DNA of 64,000 nucleotides from Pristiophorus japonicus. Its lineage: Eukaryota. The position numbers were made by a program, and so were the translations under genes. The stretch covers positions 125,860,001 through 125,924,000 of the forward strand of contig NC_091991.1 of NCBI RefSeq assembly GCF_044704955.1, read 5' to 3'. The notes under the pieces are model-generated. The model ran no database searches. It saw nothing but the letters and a program-made list of their open reading frames with translations, and was not told where the DNA came from. Below, piece by piece: positions 25,074-37,052 of this stretch (its first letter is position 1; the number at the start of each line of letters is the position of its first letter).

Positions 25074-25277
25074 GTGGTATTTTTTTTTAGCAGCTATTCA
25101 ATTAATGTTCGGTATAGATCGTATTTGGCAATGAATTAATTTTGTCAATATCAATCTGCAGTAATTTGGTCAATGCTGACTTTCAGATGAGAAATTAAGC
25201 ATTCTGCAGAAGATATGGAATATATAACAAGCTGCTTTTTCATGCAAAATGAACTTAATATACCTTTCTCGTAACAG

Positions 25278-25404
25278 AGATAAACAAGAGACCCAACTTG
25301 AAAACAAAATGGATGATTTACATGAACGTGTGAGTCTTGCTTTAGTAACTCTTCAGGAAGCATTAGGCGCCTTGCAAGAAGACTTTATTAATGAGATGAA
25401 AAAG
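25278..25404 (+). CDS. ccdc154: CCDC154-like exon E
   Basis: ctttctcgtaacAG|...|GTaagg; 127 nt, phase 2 in (completes CGA with exon D), phase 0 out. DKQETQLENKMDDLHERVSLALVTLQEALGALQEDFINEMKK. Confidence 0.85.
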
Positions 25405-26269
25405 GTAAGGGTTTTTAACAAGCTTCATATAACATTCATTTGCAGATATTATAATATAAATTTATTAATGAGAAATTTAGCACTCTCTTATTTTATCGTG
25501 TTAGTTGAATTTTAGTTAAGGTACAAGTGAAAAACACATTAATTAGAAGAAGTTTGCATTTTTCCCTTAATTTTCTCCCTTTTTCTACTCTTCCATCCAT
25601 TCATCCTGGATATACTGACTATTGCAGGGGTACAGTTCAGTGGGTGCCAGCAGCCCTCTGGTTCTTCATTAGCATATCTAGACAATGTGTCTATTTGACT
25701 GTGAAGGCAACAGATTTGAGCCCAATCTTTTTCTCACATACATCCACATGCATCGTGGTATTTTCAAACAGGTCAGTGGATAGTAATCAGAAATGGGACT
25801 ATTCCCCTCCTCAACTGAAGGCTGCGGAGGGCACTAGGTTCCCCTGCTGTTGCCCTGGCCAAAATCAGCACAGACTGGCAATTGAACCTGGCACCCCCTG
25901 GTCTGCATGGTTTAGTGCTACACCTTCAGTGCCTATGTCTACAAGGACAGACAAGGAAACTGTTTTGTTACTACTTGTAGTTTTATAAAGTGTTTTTCTT
26001 GCATCATCAATTGAAATGTCCCACTGAAATCTACTTAGTCCCAGTCAGTTTTGGCTCTTGGTTTCAAAATCTGCATTCATCATTGCAGCTTGTTCCTAGT
26101 GACTAACTTACATGACAACTAACTTGCTGTATTTCAATATATTTTTCAAAAAGCGCAAAGCCTGCTCTAAGCTAAGTCTTAAGGTTCAACATCACTAGTT
26201 TATTCACTGCCAAACCATTCCAACTTCTGTGATGTCAAAATTCTGTCCCTTCAGGCTTACAGAAACATT

Positions 26270-26935
26270 GGCTAGAATTTTCCAGGGGGTCAGCGGGCGG
26301 TATCAGTGGCAGATCAGGTGGGGAATTAGCATTTTTGACAGTGGGTCAGGACCCCGCTGTCAACCCGCCGCAACGTGCCTTTCCCACAGGCGCCTGTGTG
26401 ATATTAGATCCAACCCCACCCGCAGAGACGGGTGATCCAATTAAACTAATTATTGGGTTGATAACAGACCCCTAATAATGCTTCTAACCATACCAATTCA
26501 CGGGGTCAACGCTGCTCGGGGACCATGTCTGTCAACCTGAGGCGGGGGGTGGGGGTGAGTCTGATCACGTGGGTGGGAGGGGCAGTGTCCAATCGCAGGG
26601 AGGGAAGGCGGTTAGCTGGGAGGAAGCAATCCTGCTCCTCCTGTCCCATAAGCAGTGCTGGAAATGCACGCACTTATTTCGCACAGCAGTCCTCACCTCC
26701 CTTTAGCTGCCAGGTTTCCCGAGGTCTGGCAACTTGGATGCCAGTGTTAAATTTAAAATGGAGCTAAAATTTAAATGAGCAACCCGCCTCCTGGGAGTGG
26801 GTTGGTTGCCCACCTCCATTAAAAATGGAAGTGGGCGGGTTTGAGGCGCATTGGGATCAAGTTTGAGGTTTAAAAAAAATGTTTGCATCTCACCTAACCC
26901 AAACCCACCTGTTTTTTGGACTTAAAATTCACCTC
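26270..26935. mobile_element. Harbinger-type MITE
   Basis: Starts ggctagaattttcc, ends aaaattcacctc; 5' arm resembles 62795-62960 and 3' arm resembles the reverse of 39387-39530. Confidence 0.55.
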
Positions 26936-26938
26936 CTA

Positions 26939-29400
26939 GGGCTGGAAATTCACCTGCCTTTACCCCCCCCCCCCCGCCCAGTCTTTACCCCCACTTTCTT
27001 CTTCCCGTTACCCTTATCCCTACCCGCATTGGGACCAAGACGATGTGCAGCATGGCACATCGAACGCTCCTGCTGTTGGGGAATCGACAATGGCAGCGCC
27101 ATGTGCGAGGGTACTGGGGAAGCTCGGAGTGTGGAAGACCCGGCTTCAGAGTTGGAAGTAATTAATTCCTCCCAAAGTTCAGGTGCTGTCGGCCTGAGTG
27201 GTCTGACACTGTGGGGTGCAGTGCCAAATGCCGAGACCATCAATTGCCACATGGCATCGAGGGACTCGGTGTTTCGCGCACCTCCGCGATCAGCGGCGTC
27301 ATGTCCTCCGATTGATGTGCGGATTGTGCGGCGATGTTCCCGGCTATGCCACCCATGGCCTGGAGGAGCTCTCGACCTACGTCGACGCTCGCTCTAGACA
27401 GTCCCACCATGTCCAGGTCGACATCTGCCTGTCATGGAGCATACCTGCCTTGCCGGATCAACCTCCGCAGATTCAGCATACGCGCTTGAACACTCGGTAT
27501 GCGCTGCTGCACAACGCTTGATCCCGCTACTTTCTCTGGGCGAACCTGTTGTGTATGCAATAACTCAATAGACTGAATACTGTAAACTCTGAACAGGTAC
27601 AAAGCTGGCTCTACTTTATTAGGGCCCAAAGTGATTACATTACAAAATGGCTGGCCTTTTATACCTGGGCCCCACACACGTGCGCACAGCCCAATGATCG
27701 CCGACAGTGGTGCCACCTGGTGGCTAGTAAACACAAGCATACATACATGACAACCCAAGAAAGATGGATTCTGACAAGGAAGAGGTGGCCGCAGCTAAAA
27801 TTTCCAGCCCTGAATAACCTCCTCTCCCTGCTCCACCACCTCCTGCACTTCTAACATCTCCCCCGCCACAACAGCTTGTAGAGGGTCATCCGGGCATGCC
27901 TCTTCTTTCTCTAACTCCTCTTCTCCTGAAAACCAATAATGCCTAACGGAGGAGGAGGCTCCTGTGAGGGCCTGGACAGCATGCGACTCCTGTGCAATTA
28001 GAAAACAAAATATGAGTAGTTAGCAGCAGGGGAAGTGTCAGGGTGGCTTGAGTACACTCACATAGCTCAGGCTTATCTAGAGGACCACCACTACTGCATT
28101 ATATGTCGCCGAGAGACAATACATGAAATTAACCTAAACCAAATGGACAGAAACTGCATGACATTACATTTCATGACCTCAGCATTACATTATATTGACA
28201 TTATATTGACATAACATTAAATTACATGACCGCAACACAGCCCGGGGATTATGCAGGACTTACCCTCCGCTGTTACAGGATCGTCACCACCATGGGTAGC
28301 CGTACGATTGTGGGCACCCAGGTCATTCAACTCTTAAGTTTGGTGGGCCTGCACCCTTGTGCCACTGCTCTGCCCGATTGTTCGATGTTGTCTTCTGCAA
28401 AAATGACCATAGCAATATTTAACCTAATTGCCCATCTACTCTTACGGAACACACAGATAGACATCCCCAATTAGCCATCCCCAATCCTTTCTTCAATGTC
28501 CCATTAATGTACCATTAAGCTGCACGTGGTCCATGATGATCACATATAAATACAAGATCTCACAAAGCCATCGTAGTAAGATCGTTCATGGCAAATAAGG
28601 CATGACACTAAGCTTACCTCCATTAACATGCATCAGAATTACATTTTAAGTAATGAGGGAGTGCATGATTAAAAATATTACTTACTCTCGCGACCGAAAC
28701 TATGTCGTTCCATCTTTTTTGCCCCCCGATGGACCTGTGCCACTGAGGACACTGCCTCCGAGATCTCTCTCCAGATCCTCTGATATATGGCAGGGGCGGG
28801 TTTCCCACGCCCACCTCTGGTCAATTGACCCCATCTAGCCTCAACTTCATGAACTAGTGCCTCTTGGGCATCCAAGGTAAATCTCTTGGCCCTCCTCCTT
28901 TCCCCTACCTCTCTTTCCACCTCCTCCTTCTCTGCATTATTTTTATATTTAAAAAAAAATTCAAAATAGAAATTTAACAATTCTGCAATTTATATTTATA
29001 TTTCGATATTCTTTCTCCAAGTCCTCTGTTCATTTCTTTTAAATCTCGTCGCCCTCTTTTCAACTCTCTCCCTCCCTCTCACTCACTGAATCACTGCAAA
29101 TGGGCCTTCTGTGCATTCGTGGGCAACCCCTGATCCTGAATCACTGGAAAAATTAATCTCAGAGAAAAAAAAAATCGTGCATGCGCAGAAGGCCCGTTTC
29201 CACGGACTCCAGTCTTCCACGACTAAGAATAGCGCCACCACCGGACACATACCGCTACCGCCACTGCCGGCCAAATTTTAACAAAACTAGCGGGTTTCGT
29301 TCTTGGTGGTATTCCGGCAGTACCAAAAATGCGATCAGCGGTTACCGCCGGAATATCATCGAGAAATGGATGGTGCCGGTAATTCATGAATTTCCAGCTC
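26939..29400 (-). mobile_element. Myb-only Harbinger derivative H3
   Basis: TIRs gggctggaaattc / gaatttccagctc, TSD CTA/CTA; Myb exon 1 (RAKRFTLDAQEALVHEVEARW..YQRIWREIS, about 28680-28940), exon 2 about 28265-28395, exon 3 about 26955-27990; no transposase. Confidence 0.85.
27547..27752 (-). mobile_element. Solo LTR
   Basis: TGTTGT...TGACA ends, - strand AATAAA and TATAAAA; TSD imperfect (aacc/accc). Confidence 0.7.
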
Positions 29401-29879
29401 CTAGTGTTTGTGGGAATCAACTAGTTCTTATTAAATTGCATCATGAGAACTGAAAAGATTCAATATCTCATGACTTATACTCGGGGATTCAAAACTTTTA
29501 TTTTAAAATTTAATACTGATTTATTCAGTGCCTTAATGTAATATAAAACATTAATTTAAATGTAATGCAGAGAATAACATTTTGTAAAATTACTGTTGAA
29601 TCTCAATAACTGATCATTTGTTTAGTTTCAGTTTTCTAAAATATAGTATGATTTATTTGTATTGTATGTATTGTATTGTACTGTACCTTAGAGAATTAAA
29701 GTAATGTATAGTGATTATAAGTAATATGTTCATTGAAGGATTTGAAATGACCCAAGTCAATTCTGTGTGATTTCAAAATGACTACTCACATTATGGATAA
29801 AGACCAAGTAAGAAACAGTGCCCTAGGAATGTGTTGGTGGCAGCTAAGCATCAATATGCCAGGGCCTTAAACCCATAAC

Positions 29880-30756
29880 CTTCTGACTCCGAGGCAAGAG
29901 TGCTGCAAAGTGAACCATGGTTGAAGTATGAGATAATAGCTTTTATTGAAACATGGCTTAAAGTAGGACAGGAATGGCAGCTCAACATTCCTGGTTATAG
30001 GGTTTTCAGGTGTGATAGAGAAGGGGATAAAAAAGGAGGAGGGATCGCAATATTGGTTAAAGAAACAACAAAAAAGGGGCAATCACACTGCCAGGAGTGT
30101 ACTATAGACCCCACCCACGCAAATAGTCAGAGGGAGATAGAAGTGCAAACATGTAGGCACATTTCTGAGACGTGCCAAAACAATAAGGCAGTAATAGTAG
30201 GGGATTTCAACTACCCTAATATTAATTGGGATAGAATCAGTGGAAAAGGCATAGAGGGTGTAGAATTCTTAAAATGCATTCAGGAGAACATTCTAGCTAG
30301 TATGTAGCAAAGCCAACAAGAGAAGGGAAGTTCTGGACTTCATTTTATGGAATGAAGCATCAGTGGGACAGCATTTTGATGCAGTGATTATAATTCAGTT
30401 AGATTTAGCATAGTTATGGAAAAGGCCAAAAATAGAATAGGGGAAAGGCCAATTTTACTAAGCTGAGATGTGATTTAGTTAAGAGCAGTAGGAGGCATTC
30501 AAGAAGGAGATAGCGAGGGGTCTGAGCAAATATGTTCCCACAAATAAAAAGGGTGGGCCTCCCAAATCTAGAGCCCCCTGGATGTCAAGGAACATACAGG
30601 AAAAAAAGGGAAGCTTTTGTCACATACTGAGAGCTCAAGACTGCAGAAAGCCTAGAGTATAGAAAGTACAGGGGTGAAATTTAAAAGGAAATTAGGAAAG
30701 CAAAGAGAGAGCATGAAAAAATATTGGCAAGTAAAATCAAGGAAACCCCAAAGATG
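29880..30756 (+). mobile_element. CR1 ORF2 endonuclease-region fragment
   Basis: IAFIETWL, KKGGGIA and VGDFNYPNINW motifs. Confidence 0.85.
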
Positions 30757-31203
30757 TGACGATACCATGCATGACTTTTCTAGTGTTGCCACTCAGCCAC
30801 AACCATGATTGTTCCCCCAGCCTGTGATGGCCAGCACATTTTCTTCTACAGGGGGGATGTGCTGGCGAGCGTGGCCCTGTCCAATTGTAGCCTCCTGTTG
30901 CAAGTTGTGTATGACCTCTGTAGTATCCTTACTCAATGGCACAAAACCCACATGAGGCACATTCTATGGACAAGGTCACTCTATGACCTGAACCTTTATT
31001 CACAGAACCAAGAAGTGATGACTCTGCGTAGGACCTCTCTTTATATACCTGGATGACCAGGTAAGGAGTGTCTCCCACAAGTTCAACCCCTGTGGTCAAG
31101 GTGTGCATTGCTTAAGTATATACAGTATTGCAGTGGTGTTACATAGAGGTTACATATATGACATCACCTCCGCCCCCCCCTCCCCCCAAAAGTCTTATTG
31201 GGA

Positions 31204-34200
31204 TCATAGGTTAAGTCTTTCAGGTGGTCTACGCTCCCTCGTGGAGCGCTGCAGTTGGGGCTCTGGTTGTTGAGCCTTGGTATGCGTGTCTGTCACCTGT
31301 GGTGATTCCGGGCTGACCGCTGGGACTGTGCATGCTGCTGAATGTTCTTGTTGCTCGTTCACTGGCGGTGGTGTGAGCATTATCTCATGATCTTCCTCGG
31401 GTTCCTCAGTGTCCATGCTGAACCTTTTTTTTTTACTTGGTCCAGATGCTTACGGCATATCTGCCCATTGTTAAGTTTAACCACGATGACCCTGTTCCCC
31501 TGTTTGTCTATTACAGTACCCTCAAGCCATTGGGCCCCACGGCGTGATTGAGGACAAATACGGGGTCATTTATTTCTATACATCTTCCCCTTGAATTTCG
31601 GTCATGGTGCTCATTTTGGGACTGGCGCTTGCCCTCAACTATGTCGGTCAGGACTGAGTGAATGAGGGACAACCGAGTTTTGAGTGTTTGTTTCATAAGT
31701 AGCTCAGCGGGCGGGACCCCTGTGAGCGAGTGCGGTCGGGACCTATAGGCCAGCAGGAGGCGCGATAGGCAGCATTGAAGGGAGGGTTCTTGAATCCTGA
31801 GCATGCCTTGTTTAATGATTTGGACCGCACGTTCCGCCTGGCCATTGGAGGCCGGCTTGAACGGTGCTGTCCTGACATGGTTGATGCCATTACCCGATAT
31901 GAACTCCCGGAATTCGAAGCTCGTGAAACATGGGCCATTATCTCTAACAAGGAAATCCGGCAAGCCGTGGGTTGCAAAGACCGCACGTAGACTCTCCACA
32001 GTAGTGGATGTCGTGCACAAATTCAAAATGATGCACTCGATCCATTTCGAGTACGCATCTACCACAATGAGAAACATTTTTCCCATGAACGGGCCCCCGT
32101 AGTCTACATGAATACATGACCATGGCCTGGTGGGCCAGGGCCACGGGCTGAGCAGGGCCTCACTGGGGGCATTACCCAGCTGGGCACACGTCGTGCACCT
32201 GTGAACACAGTGTTCCAGGTCTGAATCAATTCCCGTCCACTAAACATGTGACCGGGCAATGGCCTTCATCAGAACGATGTCAGGATGCTCACTGTGGAGT
32301 TCCCTGATGAATGCCTCTGGGGCATGACTACCCGGCTGCCCCAGAGTAGGCAGTCAGCTTGGATGGAGAGCTCATCCACCCACCTGTGAAACGGTCTGAC
32401 CTCCTCAGGGCATGCTCCGTGTGCGGGCGCCCAATCCCCAGTCAGGACACATTTCTTAATCAGAGATAGGAGGGGATCTCTGTTTGTCCAGATTTTGATC
32501 TGGCAGGCTGTGATGGGGGAGCCTGCACTGTCAAAGGCATCAACGGCCATGACCATCTCAGCGCTTTGTTCAGCTGCCCCCTCGGTGGTGGCCAGTGGAA
32601 GCCTGCTGAGCGCGTAAACGCAATTTTCGGTGCCAGACCGGTGCCGGATGGAGTAGTCATAAGCAGCCGGCGTGAGAGCCCATCGCTGTATGCAGGCTGA
32701 CGCATTGGCATTGACAGCCTTGCTGTCTGACAACAGGGATGTTAACGGCTTGTGGTCCATTTCTAATTCGAACCTCCTGCCAAAAAGGTACTAATGCATT
32801 TTTTTTACACCATAGACACATGCGAGTGCCTCCTTCTCGACCATCCCATATCCCCGTTCTGCTTGAGAGAGCGACCTGGAACCATAAGCCACAGGTTGTA
32901 GTTGGCCCTCAGCGTTACTCTGCTGCAACACGCACCCAACCCCATAGGACAATGCATCACATGTCAGAACCAATTTCTTACAGGGGTCGTACAGGGTCAA
33001 TAACTTATTGAACAAAGTAGGTTCCGTGCCCGATTGAAAGCCCGTTCTTGACAGTCCCCCCAAAACCAATCACAACCCTTACACAGGAGCATATGAAGCG
33101 GCTCCAACAACGTGCTTAAGTTCAGCAGAAAGTTCCCGAAATAGTTCAAGAGTTCCAGAAATGAACGCAACTCCGATGTGTTGCCGGGCCTGGGCGCCGT
33201 CGAATCACCTCTGTTTTGGATTCGGTGGGCCGGATCCCATCTGCAGCAACCCTCCTGCCCAGAAACTCAACCTCAGGAGCCAAAAACACACATTTAGACT
33301 TCTTGAGTCGCAGGCCTAACCGATCCAGTCGGCGTAGCACCTCCTCCAGGTTGTGGAGGTGTTCCTCGGTGTCACGACCCGGTGATGAGGATGTCGTCCT
33401 GAAATACGATTGTTCCGGGACTGGATTTGAGCAGGTTTTCCGTGTTTCTTTGAAAAATCGCGGCTGCTAATTGAATGCCAAACGGGCACCTGTTGTAAAC
33501 GAACAGTCCCTTGTGTGTGGTGATGGTGGTCAGTAGTTTAGATTCGTCGGCCAGTTCTTGGGTCATGTAGGCTGAAGTGAGATCCAACTTGGCAAACAGC
33601 TTGCCGCCTGCCAGCGTGGTGAAAAGATCCTCCGCTCTCGGGAGCGAGTATTAGTCATGTAGCGACACCCGATTGATAATGGCCTTGCAGTCGCCACAGA
33701 TCCTGACGGAACCATCCGCTTTTAGGATGGGAACGATAGGGTTCGCCCAGTCGCTGAATTCAACAGGCGAGATGATGCCCTCTCTCAGCAACTAGTCCAA
33801 CTCGCTCTCAATTTTCTCCCGCATCACAAAAGGCACCGCTCTGGCTTTGTGGTGCACTGGTCTGGCGTCTGGGGTGATGTGTATCACTACTTTGGTACCT
33901 TTGAACGTCCCGACGCCAGGTTGGAATAGTGACTCAAATTGTTGTAGGACTTGTGAGCACGAATTTCTCTCCACAGATGACATTGCGTGCACATCCCCCC
34001 CCCCCCCCATTTCCAGTTCATCTCAGTTAACCAGCTCCTCCCCAACAGTGCGGGACCATTGCCTGGGACAATCCAGAGTGGCAGCTGGTTCACTGATCCA
34101 TTGTGTGTGACCGCCAACATTGCACTGCCTAGTACTGGAATGATTTCTTTGGTATACGTTCGTAGTTGTGTCTCAATACGTTCTAGTTTGGGTCTACTGG

Positions 34201-35395
34201 CTTTGAGTGGCCACAGCTTTTCGAATTGTTGAACGCTCATGAGTGACTGGCTGGCCCCCATGTCCAGCTCCATGCGTACAGGGATGCCGTTTAATAAAAC
34301 GTACATCATCATTGGTGGCGTTTTGGTATATGAGCTGTGAATGTTTGCCACATGAACCCGCTGAACTTCAGCGTCCATTGATTTGCCCCAAGAGTCATCC
34401 TGCCTCACAGACCCATCTTCTGGTCCATCCGCCTCGTAAATTAGCCTGGTTACAGGCTTTCTGCACATTCGAGCTAAATGGCCACTGAGGTTGCAATTTC
34501 TGCAGACAAATTGTTGAAACCTGCAAGTCCTGGCAGAGTGTTTGTCCCCACACCTCCAGCATGAGCTGAGATTCCCATTGTTGTGAACAAAGGAGCTATA
34601 ACCCGGCATTCCTCGCTGACTGTCCCTTTGACTGCCCTTGAGTACCCTGTTAGTGGGTGTCAATGGCCCCATCCCGGACCGCATTGTCCACTGTGATGGC
34701 GTAAATGTCCGTTCAGCCTGCCATTGTCTCTGTTGAAAACTTACTCTGGGGTCTATTGCTGCCTGGGATGTATCGAACTGCCCTTGCCTGCCTGCGGGGC
34801 TCTGAGTTGCGTTCATGATATTGACTCTCTGATCCCCTGCCGCGTTGGAGGTAGAATTGCGCGCGTATATTATTTTGGTTTCCTCCTCCCCCGCTATGAA
34901 AGTCTGAGCCATCAACGCCGCCGCTTCCAAAGTCAAGTTCTTGGTCTCAATTAACTTTCGGAAAATCCCCGCATGACCGATGCCCTCAATAAAGAAGTCC
35001 CTTAACATCTCCCCCCTGCAGGCGTCTCTGAACTTACAGAGGCTGGCTAAACGCCGGAGGTCCGCAATGAAGTCCGGTATGCTCTGTCCTTCACGACGTC
35101 GGTGGGTATAGAATCTGTGTCGGGCCTTGTGTATGCTGCTCGCCGGTTTGAGGTGCTCACCGATTAGTTTGCTGAGCTCTTCAAAGGTTTTGTCTGCCGG
35201 CTTTTCGGGTGCTAGTAAGTCCTTCATGAGCACGTACGTCTTAGGTCTGCAGCTGGTCAGCAGATGGGCCCTTCGCTTGTCGGCTGCTGCATTTCCCAGC
35301 CATTCATTCGTGACAAAGCTTTGCTGGAGCCTCTCAATGAAATCGTCCCAGTCCTCACCAACACAGTACCGTTCCTCTGTGCTACTGGTGGTCAT
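31204..35395 (-). pseudogene. Gypsy gag-pol with frameshifts and stops
   Basis: Gag-PR ORF from MTTSSTEERY (CWRCGDKH..C, CRNCNLSGH..C, ELDMGAS); RT CPFG and VFQDDILIT; RH LTCDALSYGVG; IN VVDAYSKW, DNGPCF, SNGQAER. Confidence 0.93.
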
Positions 35396-35411
35396 TCCCG
35401 TGGGTCGTTGA

Positions 35412-35430
35412 TTCCCGTTTCTCGTCGCCA
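35412..35430 (-). other. Primer-binding site, probably tRNA-Ser(GCU)
   Basis: TGGCGACGAG..GGGA is complementary to the recalled tRNA-Ser(GCU) 3' end ..CCTCGTCGCCA; same PBS at 48486-48495. Confidence 0.75.
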
Positions 35431-37052
35431 ATATAATATCCTTACTCAATGGCACAAAGCCCACACGAGGCACATTCTATGGACAAGGTCACTCTATGAC
35501 CTGAACCTTTATTCACAGGACCAAGAAGTGATGACCCTGCGTGGGACCTCCCTTTATATACCTGGATGACCAGGTAAGGAGTGTCTCCCACAAGTTCACC
35601 CCCTGTGTTCAAGGTGTGCATTGCTTAAGTATATACAGTATTGCAGTGGTGTTACATACATGACAACCTCCTTCTGCAAGAAATACGGGAGTGTGTTAAT
35701 ATCCTTGTGAGGTGTTTACAGAATGTGTCTGTCATAGAATAGTTCATAGGTTGTGTGTAAGATGGGAGGCATGGGGAATTAGAATTGCAATAGTGGTGAG
35801 TGTGTGTGAATGAGGAGAAGGAGGTGGAATGAACTATGGTGCAGTGAATGTAGGAGAGTGAAGGGAAGCAGTGGAAAGGCTTATTGCGAGTAGTGAGGCT
35901 GAAGATGTAAGCAGAAAGTAATGTTCTTACCTTGAGAACTCAGACAGATCATTGAACTTCTTTTGTCATTGTAACAATGTCCCGTGGGGCTAAACCTCTT
36001 GCATTGATCTTCAATGCAACCTCTTCCCACTGGCAGTGGAGCTGTTGCGTGAAGGGCTTTCTGTCCCCTGGAGGGAACAGGATTTCCTGTACAAGGGCCT
36101 CCAATGCAGCATCGGATAACCATATTTTTGAGTCTAGGAAGTTTCTCTGCTGTCTGCAACTAGAGTGCACATCCCCTTTAAGAGATGTTGGCTACCTTTA
36201 AATGGCTTCAGAAACACCCGATTTTCACCCCACCCCAAACAGGTACGCACCCCAGTCAGTAGCGCTGGCTATATGCCTGAATCATTTTAATGAAGTCCTA
36301 GCACAAATGTTACATGCTGCCTGGAACGACATGAAGAGGTACAGTGCATTCCCCGCCCCCCTGCATGCATGATTTTGATAAACAATTGAATTTCTAAGCC
36401 AGTGTCTAGAAATCAGATAATATTAAACAAATCCATTACTATAGACACGGAACAACTGATTTAGCACATGGGAATCTTAACAAAAAAACACAGAAGAGAT
36501 TGATTATTTAGATCAGAATGACCTCTTTCATCACATATAATAATTGTATTTTATTCTACAATTTACATTTTTACAAATCAAGCAGCCTTTGTATGTTAAA
36601 GTTATAGAAAAAATGAAATTGTTCTAAGTTAAGAGCAAAGAGCGTAAAATAAAAAGGTATGAATCAGTGTAGGTTTGAAGGAGCCTACAATTATCATAAA
36701 ACAAAACTTCTATTTAGAGCAGTCTAATTTTAACTGTATACTATCACTACCATTGTACTCCTATAATGACGCAATGTGCTAATATTGATCTAGTCATTTT
36801 GCAACAACAGGCAGTTATTACTAATGTACAATTAGCACTGTACACATCAATTAAATGATCCTATCCTTCATTTAGATAATATATATATATTTTAAAAAAA
36901 TCACACAATGGGGCAGATTTTCATCTTCACCACCTGTAATCGAGCCCGAGTTACTTGTCCATTGTTTATAGATCCAGCCAATTTCCCTACTGTGGGATTC
37001 CACATGAATAAGTGACCCATTAAAATGGAAAGCTGGAATATTTCTGATGTAC

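Larger units (their letters stand above)
30919..35665 (-). mobile_element. Full-length Gypsy LTR retrotransposon (Mag/K02A2.6-like), pol disrupted
   Basis: LTRs 30919-31163 and 35432-35665; TSD ACCTC/ACCTC; PBS TGGCGACGAG (35430-35421); PPT adjacent to 31164; domain order gag (two CCHC), PR, RT, RH, IN. Confidence 0.97.
30757..36400 (-). mobile_element. Decayed Harbinger Myb-side remnant split by the Gypsy insertion
   Basis: SDAALEALVQE..QWEEVALKINA (35949-36170); exon-2-like sequence on both sides of the ACCTC TSD; TIR-like gaatttctaagcc near 36400. Confidence 0.6.

Noticed and set aside
29739-29806. AG/GT-bounded segment as a missing ccdc154 exon
   Set aside because: There is a stop codon (GAT TTG AAA TGA) in the required phase-0 frame.
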